DNA from: Candidatus Dormiibacterota bacterium
Lineage (GTDB): Bacteria; Chloroflexota; Dormibacteria; Aeolococcales; Aeolococcaceae
Length of the DNA: 64,000 nucleotides
Reading direction: 5' to 3'
NCBI GenBank assembly: GCA_963709585.1
Contig: CAVPXI010000007.1
Span: forward strand, 448,001-512,000
Position numbers and translations under genes: made by a program. Below are positions 50,084 through 59,394 of this stretch, one piece after another. The notes under the pieces were generated by a model. It worked only from the letters and a program-made list of their open reading frames with translations, made no database searches and was not told the DNA's origin. Within the stretch, counting starts at the first letter, position 1; each line of letters opens with the position of its first letter.

Positions 50084-51241
50084 ATGGTGCAGATGAAACG
50101 AGCCGTTCAAACCGCCCGCGCCGTGATCGGGTCGCCGTGGACCCGGGTCAGCGGAACGGTCGTCGGGCTCGCCATCCTCGCCCACTCGATCAATGTGCCT
50201 CAGGCGGTCGCGAGCCTCGGGCACGCCGACCCGCTCTGGATCGCGGCCGCGCTCGGTCTCACCATGCTCGCGGTCGCCGCCAGCGTCGTCGAATGGGGGG
50301 TGCTCTTGCGCACCGCCAGCGCGCCCGCCGGCGCCGGACCCGGAGGGCTGCTCAGCTGGCGCCGCCTGAGCTCCACGTATCTGCAGGGTGTCTTCTTCAC
50401 CCAGATGCTTCCCGCCGGGGTCGGCGGTGATGCGATGCGCACCGTCGAGATGGGTCGTCAGATCGGCCACGGACGCGTGCTCGCCTCACTCGCCGGCAGC
50501 CGCCTCGCGGGCATGCTCGGCATGACCTGCTGGGGGATCGCCGCGGCCATCCTCCTCCGCGCGCTCCTCGGGACCGGGATGGTGATCGTGATCGCCGCCC
50601 TTGCCGTGGCGGTGGTGATCATCTGGCTCGTGGCGCTCAGCGCCGACCGCCTGATGCCGCACCGTTTGCTCGCCCGGCTCTCGGGCGCGATGAGCCGCGG
50701 CGTCAGTTCGTTCGGCGAGGCGTTCGCCGGCTACCGGAACCACCCCCACGCGGTCGTGCAGTCGCTCCTGGTCGGCGCCGCCGGCTGGGGATTCAACCTC
50801 CTCGCCCTCAGCGTCGCCGCTCGCGCCATCGGCGTGAATCTCAGCTGGACGGTGCTGGCGGTCTGCATCCCGATCACGCTCCTGGTCGCGCTCGCGCCCT
50901 TCAGCATCAACGGTCTCGGACTCCGCGAAGGTGTCCTGGTCGCGTTGCTGTCGCACAGCGGGGTGTCGGTCGCGCATGCGGGCGCGATCTCCGTCCTCAT
51001 CGACCTCCAGATGATCCCCTTTGCCGTTCTGGGCGCGGTGCTCTGGTCGCGCCACCGGCGCAGCACCCGCTCCCCGATCGAGCTCGCGGTGGTGATCGCC
51101 GCCGCCGATGACGCCGCACTCGCGGGATTGGCGCCTGGTGCGCATAGACTTCAGCGGCGTGACCCGGCAGTTCAGCGACTTTCTGGCGGCCCACGCGGCG
51201 CGGATCGCCGATCTGTGGGCGAGGCAGACCTCGCCGGCTGA
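50084..51241 (+). CDS. Second lysylphosphatidylglycerol synthase TM-domain (flippase-like) protein; 3' end uncertain
   Basis: LPAGVGGDAMR and PFSINGLGLRE; tail overlaps the next gene. Confidence 0.8.
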   Translation: MVQMKRAVQTARAVIGSPWTRVSGTVVGLAILAHSINVPQAVASLGHADPLWIAAALGLTMLAVAASVVEWGVLLRTASAPAGAGPGGLLSWRRLSSTYLQGVFFTQMLPAGVGGDAMRTVEMGRQIGHGRVLASLAGSRLAGMLGMTCWGIAAAILLRALLGTGMVIVIAALAVAVVIIWLVALSADRLMPHRLLARLSGAMSRGVSSFGEAFAGYRNHPHAVVQSLLVGAAGWGFNLLALSVAARAIGVNLSWTVLAVCIPITLLVALAPFSINGLGLREGVLVALLSHSGVSVAHAGAISVLIDLQMIPFAVLGAVLWSRHRRSTRSPIELAVVIAAADDAALAGLAPGAHRLQRRDPAVQRLSGGPRGADRRSVGEADLAG

Positions 51242-52274
51242 CGCCGGTGAACCCAAGGACCCCGTTCGGGGACCACGCCAGTTCGTCAACGCGGTGCTGG
51301 TGGCGCTGAGCGCTGACGACTTCCGCCCGCTGATCGCCTACCACCACCTCGATGCGGGCACCAGCGTCGAGCGCCGGCTGGAGAAGGCGCTCGCCAACCT
51401 CACCGCGCTCCGCCAGGTGACCGCCGAGGCGGTCCGCGAGGAGCGGCTCGACGCCGAGGAGACCCTGGCGCTTTCGCTCACCACCGCCGACGACATCGAA
51501 GCCGTCGCCCAGCGCCTCGCCGCCTCGTGTGTCGCCACCCTCGAGGATCGCCTCTCGAGCGCCACCTCGGAGTCGTCGGCGCGCGGGACGTCGCTGTCGA
51601 TCACCATGCACGAGCTTCGCCGACCGCTCACGATTCTCAACAGCTACGGGCAACTGCTCAGCGCCGGGATGCTCGGCACCCTCCCCGGACAGCCATGGTG
51701 GCCATCGAGGGGATCACCGCAAGCACCGAGATGATGGTCCGCATGGTCAATGCGCTCGCCGAGCTGGCTCGAACTCGAGGATCCCGACGACCGCCTCGCG
51801 CTCGAGGTCATCGATGCCGAGGAGGTGGTCGGCGAGGCCATCGAGCACGTCGCGATGGAGGCGAAGCTGCGTAAGTCGACGATCACGAGCGAGAGCGAGC
51901 ACGGGCTGACCATGAAGGGCGATCGCCGCCGCCTCATCCTCGCGATGACCAATCTGCTCGGCAACGCCGTCAAGCACGGGCCGATGGGATCCCCGATCGA
52001 GGTGCTGGCTGCGCGCGACGGCGATTCGGTGCGCTTCACCGTGCGCGACCATGGCATGGGGTTCCCGATCGCGGACACGGGCCACCTCTTCGACAAGTAC
52101 TTCCGATCGGTCGCCGAGCGGCAGCGCAAGGTGCCCGGTAGCGGCCTCGGCCTGTACATCGTGCGCACGGTCGCCGAGCGGCATGGCGGAACCGTGGCGG
52201 CTCGGAGCGTCCCCGGGAGCGGCGCCGAGTTCGACATGACGATCCCGCTGCATCGTGAAGAGGCCATCGGATGA
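51159..52274 (+). CDS. Cytoplasmic histidine kinase (HisKA + HATPase), two frameshifts (near 51688 and 51773)
   Basis: HELRRPLT, NLLGNAVKH, DHGMG and GSGLGL spread over three frames. Confidence 0.8.
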
Positions 52275-53692
52275 CCACCCGGGCGACCAGGACCGAAAAT
52301 GACTCGATGGGCGAGTTCGAGGTGCCGGCAGACGCCTACTACGGCGCCAACACGATGCGCGCGAAGGTCAACTTCCCGATCAGCGACCTTCGTCTCCCGC
52401 GCGGCTTCATCCGCGCCCTCGGCCTGATCAAGCAGCAGTCCGCGCTCGTCAATCGCGAGCTCGGCTTGCTCGACGAGGCAACCGCCGGGGCGATCATCCG
52501 CGCCGCTCAGGACGTCGTCGACGGCGCTCTCGACGCGGAGTTCATCGTCGACGTCTTTCAGACGGGCAGCGGCACCTCGACCAACATGAACGCCAACGAG
52601 GTCATCGCCAACCGGGCGATCGAACTGCTCGGCGGGGTGCGCGGATCACGCGCCCCGGTGCACCCCAACGACCACGTCAACCTCGGCCAGTCGAGCAACG
52701 ACGTGATCCCGACGGCCATCCAGGTCGCCGCCGCGGTCTCGATCCGCGAGGACACCATCCCCGGCCTGCGCACTCTCGAAGCGTCGCTGCGGCGCAAGTC
52801 GGACGAGCTGTGGCCGGTCATCAAGACCGGCCGCACCCATCTGCAGGACGCGACCCCGATCAGGCTCGGGCAGGAGTTCCTCGGTTATGCGGGCCAGGCG
52901 GAGCGCGCCATCCTCCGCTGCGAGGAGGCGATCGCGACACTCGTCGAGCTGCCGCTCGGGGGGACGGCGGTCGGGACCGGCGTCGGAACCCACCCGGACT
53001 TCCCACCCAAGGTGATCGCGCTGCTCGCTGCCGATCTGGGCATCCCCTTCCGGGAATCCGACAACCACTTCAGCGGACAGTCGACGCTCGACGCCGCCGT
53101 CGCCGCCAGCGGCGCGCTCCGCGCCGTGGCGGTCACGATGTACAAGATCGCTGCCGACATCCGATTGCTCGGCTGCGGGCCGCGCGCGGGCATCGGGGAG
53201 ATTGCGATCCCCGCGGTGCAGCCGGGCTCCTCGATCATGCCGGGCAAGGTGAATCCGGTCATCTGCGAGTCGGTGACGATGGTCGCCGCGCAGGTGATCG
53301 GCAACGACGCGACGGTCGCCTTCTGCGGCGCCGCCGGGTCGCTGCTCGAGCTCAACGTGATGATGCCGGTCGCCGCCTACGACCTCCTGCAGTCGGCGTC
53401 GCTGCTGGCCGCGTCAGCTCGCAACCTCGCGACCCAGTGCGTCGACGGCATCACCGCCACCGAGAACGGCCCGGCGATGGTCGAGCGGGGGCTCATGCTC
53501 TCGACCGCGCTCGCCCCGAGGATCGGGTACGACGCGGCGGCGGCGATCGCCAAGGAGGCCTACAACACTGGGCGGACGGTGCGCGAGGTCGCCCGTGAGC
53601 GCAGCGGCCTCGACGAGGCCGAGTTGACCCGGCTGCTCGATGCCGAGGCGATGACCCGCCCCGGACGCGACGCCGGGCCGGCCGGAGGCTGA
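52271..53692 (+). CDS. fumC: Class II fumarate hydratase
   Basis: QTGSGTSTNMN, HPNDHVN, GRTHLQDA and GSSIMPGKVNP. Confidence 0.93.
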   Translation: MTTRATRTENDSMGEFEVPADAYYGANTMRAKVNFPISDLRLPRGFIRALGLIKQQSALVNRELGLLDEATAGAIIRAAQDVVDGALDAEFIVDVFQTGSGTSTNMNANEVIANRAIELLGGVRGSRAPVHPNDHVNLGQSSNDVIPTAIQVAAAVSIREDTIPGLRTLEASLRRKSDELWPVIKTGRTHLQDATPIRLGQEFLGYAGQAERAILRCEEAIATLVELPLGGTAVGTGVGTHPDFPPKVIALLAADLGIPFRESDNHFSGQSTLDAAVAASGALRAVAVTMYKIAADIRLLGCGPRAGIGEIAIPAVQPGSSIMPGKVNPVICESVTMVAAQVIGNDATVAFCGAAGSLLELNVMMPVAAYDLLQSASLLAASARNLATQCVDGITATENGPAMVERGLMLSTALAPRIGYDAAAAIAKEAYNTGRTVREVARERSGLDEAELTRLLDAEAMTRPGRDAGPAGG

Positions 53693-53693
53693 G

Positions 53694-54557
53694 TTGGGTG
53701 CGGGGCCGACCATCGCGGTGGTGGGTGCGGGCGCGATGGGCGGTCAGATCGCCTATCAGGCTGCGCTCCACGGCTACGACGTGCGCCTGGTCAGCCGCAG
53801 CGAGGACCGGCTCCGCGACGCCAGCACGGCGTCGTCGGCGCTGCTCCGCCGGCGGGTCGAGAAGGGAACGCTCGACAGTGACGCTTGCGAAGCGGCCCTC
53901 GCGCGGGTGAGCCTGGGCTCCGGGTTCGAGGCGGTCGCCGGGGCGGAGACGATCATCGAGTCGGTCGCCGAGGACCGTGACATCAAGTGCGCGGTGTACG
54001 GGCGGATCTGCGCGCACGCTGATGATACTGCCATCATCGGCACAAACTCATCGACCCTGCCGTGCTCGCTGCTCGAGGTCGCGGTGACGCACCCGGAGCG
54101 CTTTCTCAACATCCACTTCTTCAACCCGGCGCTGCTCATGGCGCTGGTGGAGGTGGTGCCCGGACCACGCACCGCGGAGACCACGATCGTCCGCGCCATG
54201 GACTTCGCCCGCGCGATCGGCAAGACGCCGGTGCGGCTCGCCCGCGAGGAGTACGGCTTCATCGCCAACCGCATCCTCTTCATCGCCATCCAGGAGGCGA
54301 TGCGTCTCGTGGAGGCAGGCTATACCTCCGTCGAGGACTGCGATCTCGCGGTGCGCAAGGCGTTGGGCTGGCCGATGGGGCCGTTCCAGCTCTCCGATCT
54401 CGTCGGGCTCGACGTGGTCGAGGCGATCCTCGACGAGGGCCTTCGCCAGACCGGTGATCGGCGCTGGGAGCCCGTCGAGCTCCTCCGCGACCTGGTCGCG
54501 CGCGGGAAGCTCGGCAACAAGACGGGCGAGAGGTTCTTCACCACCGGGTCGGTGTGA
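53694..54557 (+). CDS. 3-hydroxyacyl-CoA dehydrogenase family
   Basis: GAGAMG, TNSS, HFFNP, GFIANR and PMGPF. Confidence 0.92.
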   Translation: MGAGPTIAVVGAGAMGGQIAYQAALHGYDVRLVSRSEDRLRDASTASSALLRRRVEKGTLDSDACEAALARVSLGSGFEAVAGAETIIESVAEDRDIKCAVYGRICAHADDTAIIGTNSSTLPCSLLEVAVTHPERFLNIHFFNPALLMALVEVVPGPRTAETTIVRAMDFARAIGKTPVRLAREEYGFIANRILFIAIQEAMRLVEAGYTSVEDCDLAVRKALGWPMGPFQLSDLVGLDVVEAILDEGLRQTGDRRWEPVELLRDLVARGKLGNKTGERFFTTGSV

Positions 54558-54558
54558 T

Positions 54559-55419
54559 TCAGACCAGGCCGAGGGATTCCAGCACGTCGGCGACGCCTCC
54601 ATCCTGTGGTGGCGAACACGTTGCATCCGCCGCCGCTAGCACCTCGGGGCGGGACGTCGCGACCGCGACCGCATATCCCGCAGCGGTCAGCAGCTCGATG
54701 TCGTTGGGAGCGTCGCCGATCGCCAGCAACTCGGCAAGCGAAGAGCCAAGTCGCGCGCAGACGATCTCGCAGGCCACGGCCTTGCTCACCTCGGGGTCGA
54801 TGATCTCGACGAACTCGGGATTGGAGCGCGTGACCCGTGCGCTTCCGGCGAGCTCGTGGGTCAACAGCGCGGACGCGCGGTCCACCTCGGCGGGATCTTC
54901 GATGACGCACGCCGCCTTGGTCGTACCCCGCACCAGCAGCGGTTCGAGGTCCGGGACGAGACGGAACTGCACGCCACTGATCTGCGCGTACAGATGCGCC
55001 TCGGGGCGATCCTGCTCGCAGAGCAACTCGTCGTCCTGGTACGCCTGGAAGTGCCAGTTCTGCGCGCGAGCGATGTGCAGCGCGCGTCGCGCCGGCTCCG
55101 CGCGGAGCGGCTGCTCGAAGATCGTGCTCCCAGGCGAGCCGTCCTGCCGAGGAGTCTCGCGGACCATCGCGCCCTGGTAACAGACCAGCGGCTCGGACAC
55201 GCCAAGCTCGCTGGCCCACGGCAGCGCCGACCGGTACATACGTCCGGTGGCGACGATCACCGGCATCCGCGTCGCCATCGCTCGCACGGCGGCCCTGATC
55301 CGCGGGTGCAGTCGCTGGGCGTAGTCGATGGTGGTCCCGTCGAGGTCGAGGACCACGACGCGGGGGACGAACGCCGCGGTCAGCGGCGGCGAGTCGCCGA
55401 TGTCGGTGATCGGACTCAC
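54559..55419 (-). CDS. Cof-type HAD-IIB hydrolase
   Basis: DLDGT, ATGR, VSKA and GDAPND. Confidence 0.9.
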   Translation of the reverse strand: MSPITDIGDSPPLTAAFVPRVVVLDLDGTTIDYAQRLHPRIRAAVRAMATRMPVIVATGRMYRSALPWASELGVSEPLVCYQGAMVRETPRQDGSPGSTIFEQPLRAEPARRALHIARAQNWHFQAYQDDELLCEQDRPEAHLYAQISGVQFRLVPDLEPLLVRGTTKAACVIEDPAEVDRASALLTHELAGSARVTRSNPEFVEIIDPEVSKAVACEIVCARLGSSLAELLAIGDAPNDIELLTAAGYAVAVATSRPEVLAAADATCSPPQDGGVADVLESLGLV

Positions 55420-55451
55420 CCGACCCCGAGCGTGCTGACGCGATTCAACGG

Positions 55452-55569
55452 CATCACGGCGATCTTACGCAGGCGTGAACGCGCCAATCCAGGGTAGACG
55501 GACCGCGATGGCGCGGTCGTCTGACATCACGCGGGCGCTACAAAGGCGTGAACGCGCCGATCCGGGGTA
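55452..55569. repeat. Imperfect direct repeat with 73-bp period (26-bp core, 24/26 identical)
   Basis: AGGCGTGAACGCGCCAATCCAGGGTA (55471) and AGGCGTGAACGCGCCGATCCGGGGTA (55544); upstream CATCAC and TAC also recur at +73. Confidence 0.85.
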
Positions 55570-55660
55570 TGCTCACGTTGTCTTGCGTTCGTCTTCTCGC
55601 GCGCGGTTTGGTAGACCGCTCGCCGCAAGGCCCCGTCCCGCCGCTCCGGCGGCGGTCGAT

Positions 55661-56833
55661 GTGGCCTTGAGTCCAATCATCCCCGAACCGGTCAGCTTCG
55701 ACGAGCTTGCCCTGAGCGTCGCCATGCAGAACACGGTGGCGGAGCTCGGGTACACGATGGCCACACCGATCCAGGCCGGCTCGCTGCCCTTCGCGATGGC
55801 GGGGCGGGATGTCATCGGGCAGGCGCAGACTGGGAGCGGCAAGACCGCCGCCTTCGGCATTCCGATCATCGAGCGGCTCGACCCGCGCGACGGTCCCGTG
55901 CAGGCGCTGGTCCTCTGCCCGACGCGCGAGCTTGCGGTGCAGGTGCACGACGAGCTGACCCGGCTCGGAAAGCGCCATGAGCTGCGCAGCGTCGCGATCT
56001 ACGGCGGCAACTCGATCGGACGCCAGATCGAGGAGTTGCGCCAGGGCGCGCACATCGTCGTGGCGACCCCGGGTCGGCTCGGCGACCACATCCAGCGCCG
56101 GTCGCTCACGCTCGCGAACGTCCGCGTCTGCGTGCTCGACGAAGCCGATCGCATGCTCGACATGGGATTTGCGCCCGACGTCGAACGGATCCTCCGTCAG
56201 TGCCCGCCGCAGCGTCAGACCCTGCTCTTCAGCGCCACCATGCCGGAGTGGGTGCGCAGGCTGGCCCTGCGTCACATGCACGATCCCGAGACCGTGGAGA
56301 TCACCGCCAGGCCGGAGATCCCTGCCGAGGTCCGTCAGCTCTACGTGCAGACGACCTGGGCGAACAAGACCGATGCGCTGGCGCAGATCCTCGACCAGCC
56401 CGACGTGGTCATGGCGCTCATCTTCGTCGAGACCAAGCGAACCGCCGATGTGCTCCAGGCTCAGCTCGGCGGACGCGGCTACCAGGTCGGCCTGCTCCAC
56501 GGCGATCTCACCCAGCGCGAGCGGGATCGCGCCATGCAGCAGTTCCGTGCCACCCACATCAAGTACCTGATCGCGACCAATGTCGCGGCGCGCGGCCTGG
56601 ACATCGACGACATCTCGCACGTCATCAACTACGACGTGCCGCTCACCCCGGACGAGTACCTGCATCGCGTGGGCAGGACCGGACGCGCCGGTCGTGCCGG
56701 AGTCGCAGTCACGTTGATCACCCCCAGCGAGATCCTCAAGCTGCGCGACGTCGAGAAGCACGCGCGCACGCACATCGAGCCCGCGACACTCGACGAGGAT
56801 TTCCCCGCGATCGTGGTCGGCGCCGAGGCCTGA
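55661..56833 (+). CDS. DEAD-box RNA helicase
   Basis: TPIQ, AQTGSGKT, PTRELA, DEAD, SAT, ARGLD and HRVGRTGR; start inferred. Confidence 0.95.
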   Translation: MALSPIIPEPVSFDELALSVAMQNTVAELGYTMATPIQAGSLPFAMAGRDVIGQAQTGSGKTAAFGIPIIERLDPRDGPVQALVLCPTRELAVQVHDELTRLGKRHELRSVAIYGGNSIGRQIEELRQGAHIVVATPGRLGDHIQRRSLTLANVRVCVLDEADRMLDMGFAPDVERILRQCPPQRQTLLFSATMPEWVRRLALRHMHDPETVEITARPEIPAEVRQLYVQTTWANKTDALAQILDQPDVVMALIFVETKRTADVLQAQLGGRGYQVGLLHGDLTQRERDRAMQQFRATHIKYLIATNVAARGLDIDDISHVINYDVPLTPDEYLHRVGRTGRAGRAGVAVTLITPSEILKLRDVEKHARTHIEPATLDEDFPAIVVGAEA

Positions 56834-56846
56834 GCCAGCGCGGACA

Positions 56847-57629
56847 GTGATGCTGCCGGCCATCCACGACACGGGAACTGGCGAAGCGGTGCTGTTCCTG
56901 CATGCGTTCACCCTGGACGCCTCGCAATGGGATCACCAGGTCGCCGCGCTCTCGGGCGACATGCGCTGCGTTCGTGTCGACTTCTGGGGCTGCGGGACAT
57001 CGCCGCCACCTCCCGCGGGTGAGCCGAGCCTCGAGGGCTTCGCCACGTCGGTGATCGCCGTCCTCGATGCGCGACACATCGACCGCGTCGCCCTGGTCGG
57101 ACTCTCGATGGGAGGCTACCTCGCGTTCGCTCTCTGGCGGCTGGCGCCGGAACGGATTCGCGCGCTCGTGCTCTGCAACACGCGGGCGACCGCGGACGCC
57201 GACGGGCCGCGCACCGACCGCCTGGTGATGGCCGAACGCGTGGAGCGCGAGCGCTCAGTGGAGTCGATCGTCGAGCCGATGGTCGCGCGCATGCTGAGTC
57301 CCGGCGCCCAGGCTGAGGCGCATATCGTCGACCCGGTGCGCGGACGGATCCGCCGCTGCACACCCGCAGGGATTGCCTTCGCGCAGCGCGCGATGGCGGC
57401 GCGACCGGACAGCACCGGACTGCTCGCGTCCATCGCCGTGCCGGCCCTGGTCATCGCCGGAACCCAGGATGCCATCGTCTCCACCCCGGAAGTTCGTGCC
57501 ATAAGCGGCGGCATCCCGGGGGCACGGTATGTCGAGCTCGACTGCGGGCATCTCAGCAACCTCGAGCGCCCGGTCGCTTTCAACCGGCACCTCACGGAGT
57601 TCCTGGATCCGGCGAGAATGGCGTCATGA
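56847..57629 (+). CDS. Alpha/beta hydrolase (PcaD-like)
   Basis: LHAF, GLSMGG and GHLSNLE. Confidence 0.9.
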   Translation: MMLPAIHDTGTGEAVLFLHAFTLDASQWDHQVAALSGDMRCVRVDFWGCGTSPPPPAGEPSLEGFATSVIAVLDARHIDRVALVGLSMGGYLAFALWRLAPERIRALVLCNTRATADADGPRTDRLVMAERVERERSVESIVEPMVARMLSPGAQAEAHIVDPVRGRIRRCTPAGIAFAQRAMAARPDSTGLLASIAVPALVIAGTQDAIVSTPEVRAISGGIPGARYVELDCGHLSNLERPVAFNRHLTEFLDPARMAS

Positions 57630-57820
57630 GCCAGCTTCCCAAGGACCTGCTCGATATCCTGGCCTGCCCGCGCTGCCGCGGACCGCTCGCGGTCGAGACG
57701 GCGTCGCTGCGTTGCGACGCGTGCCGGCTGCGCTACCGCGTCGACAACGGCATCCCGGTGATGTTGATCCACGAAGCCGAACACTTCGGCCCCGACGTCG
57801 AGGCTCCGGGCGTCAGCTGA
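57626..57820 (+). CDS. Trm112 family protein
   Basis: LLDILACPRC...C..C...YRVDNGIPVML. Confidence 0.9.
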   Translation: MSQLPKDLLDILACPRCRGPLAVETASLRCDACRLRYRVDNGIPVMLIHEAEHFGPDVEAPGVS

Positions 57821-57826
57821 GTCGCG

Positions 57827-59017
57827 TCAGGCGAGAACGCCGACCGCCTCGGTGGCGACCGAGGCGGGGGCGGCACAGAAACCCTCGTAGTCGATGGGCT
57901 CGGTGATGGTGGGATTCTCGCCGCACACCGGGCACTGCGGATCGCGCGGCACCCGGAACTCGCGGAATTTCATCGCCAGAGCATCGAGGTGCAGGAGCCG
58001 CCCGGTGAGCAGGTCACCGGCGCCGGTGATCAGCTTGATGACCTCGGTCGCCTGGAGCACCCCGACGATCCCGGGGAGCACGCCCAGCACGCCCGCCTCG
58101 GCGCACGACGGAGCTTCCTCGGGTGGAGGCGGGGAGGGGTACCGGCAGCGGTAGCAGGGCGACTGGAACGGCACCACCGTGGTGACCTGCCCCTCGAAGC
58201 GGAAGATTCCGCCGTCGACCATCGGCTTTTTGGCAAAGATGGCCACATCATTCGCGAGGTACCGGGTCGGGAAGTTGTCGCAGCCGTTGACGATGATGTC
58301 GTACTGGTCGAAGATCTCGCGCGCATTCTCACCGCTGAGCACAACGTTGTGCTCGACGACCCGGACGTCGCTGTTGAGCGCGTTGAGCGCGATCCGAGCC
58401 GACGCGGTCTTGAGCATCCCGATGCGATCCTCGGTGTGCAGGATCTGGCGCTGCAGGTTGCTCAGGTCGACGGTGTCGAAGTCGACGAAACCGATCGTGC
58501 CCACGCCCGCGGCCGCGAGGTAGAGGGCGGCCGGGCTCCCGAGCCCGCCGGCGCCGATGAGCAGCACCCGTGCGTCGAGGAGCTTGGCCTGCCCTTCGAC
58601 GCCGATCTCGGGAATGAGCAGGTGGCGGCTGTAGCGCTGCTGCTGCTGGGCGGTCAGGACACGGGGCACGATGAAGTCGAAACCGGCCTGCTTCCACGCG
58701 CCGTAGCCGCCCGCCATCGACTGGACGTCGGTGTATCCCAGCTCCTGGAGCGCCCGCGCGGCGAGTAGCGAACGAACCCCGCCGGCGCAGTAGAGCGTGA
58801 TCGGGGTGTCGTGCTTGGGGACTGTGTCCTCGATACGGGTTTCGATGAATCCCTTGCTCAGGTGCAGCGCACCCGGGATGTACCCTTCGTCGAACTCGTT
58901 TCGCTCGCGCACATCGATGAGGGTGCGCGATCCCCCCGCGGCGCGAACCTGTTGTGGGGAAACCTCCGGGACGGTGCTGCGTGCGTCGTCGAGGAGGTCG
59001 CGAGAAGACTTGCCCAT
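57827..59017 (-). CDS. moeB: Molybdopterin-synthase adenylyltransferase MoeB with N-terminal rhodanese domain
   Basis: IDVRE and YCAGGVRS rhodanese motifs; RYSRH, GAGGLG, SNLQRQ, CYRC and CPVC. Confidence 0.92.
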   Translation of the reverse strand: MGKSSRDLLDDARSTVPEVSPQQVRAAGGSRTLIDVRERNEFDEGYIPGALHLSKGFIETRIEDTVPKHDTPITLYCAGGVRSLLAARALQELGYTDVQSMAGGYGAWKQAGFDFIVPRVLTAQQQQRYSRHLLIPEIGVEGQAKLLDARVLLIGAGGLGSPAALYLAAAGVGTIGFVDFDTVDLSNLQRQILHTEDRIGMLKTASARIALNALNSDVRVVEHNVVLSGENAREIFDQYDIIVNGCDNFPTRYLANDVAIFAKKPMVDGGIFRFEGQVTTVVPFQSPCYRCRYPSPPPPEEAPSCAEAGVLGVLPGIVGVLQATEVIKLITGAGDLLTGRLLHLDALAMKFREFRVPRDPQCPVCGENPTITEPIDYEGFCAAPASVATEAVGVLA

Positions 59018-59073
59018 GCAGCCAGTCTACCCAAAACCGATCGAAACCCGACCTAGCGAGTCCGGATTCGGAA

Positions 59074-59363
59074 TCAGGCCTTGGCGGGCCGCCGCCAGCC
59101 GGGCGCGTCCGCGGCCTCCCGACCGGGCGCTTCGCAGGCGCGGCGGTCGCCGCCTTCGGGGGTCTCCCGACCTTTCGCTTCGCCGGCGTGCTCGACGCGG
59201 CGGCGGGCGATGGGGCGGATGCCATGGCGGCGAGGATCGTCCGCTCTGTCTCCTCGAGCCGCTCCGCCAGTGCGAGGACGCGGCTTCGTGCCCCACGTGT
59301 CGCGGTCAGCGCGTCGACGAGCGATACCGTTGCGCCGCCACGCTTCTGCTTCTTTCCAGCCAT
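59074..59363 (-). CDS. Small basic protein with coiled coil and two AT-hook-like GRP motifs; stop uncertain
   Basis: MAGKKQKR...LAERLEETER...KRKVGRPPK...KRPVGRPRTR. The frame reads on into moeB, so a frameshift near the end is likely. Confidence 0.6.
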
Positions 59364-59394
59364 GATCGAAGCGACCCTACCATAGACTGCGACG

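Noticed and set aside
55471-55569. Possible mini-CRISPR (repeat-spacer-repeat)
   Set aside because: Only two copies, similarity extends into the flanks, and there are no cas genes. Better explained as a local duplication.
57827-59017. Rhodanese-MoeB fusion as a ubiquitin-like defence E1
   Set aside because: A common housekeeping architecture; no E2, JAB or cyclase partner nearby.
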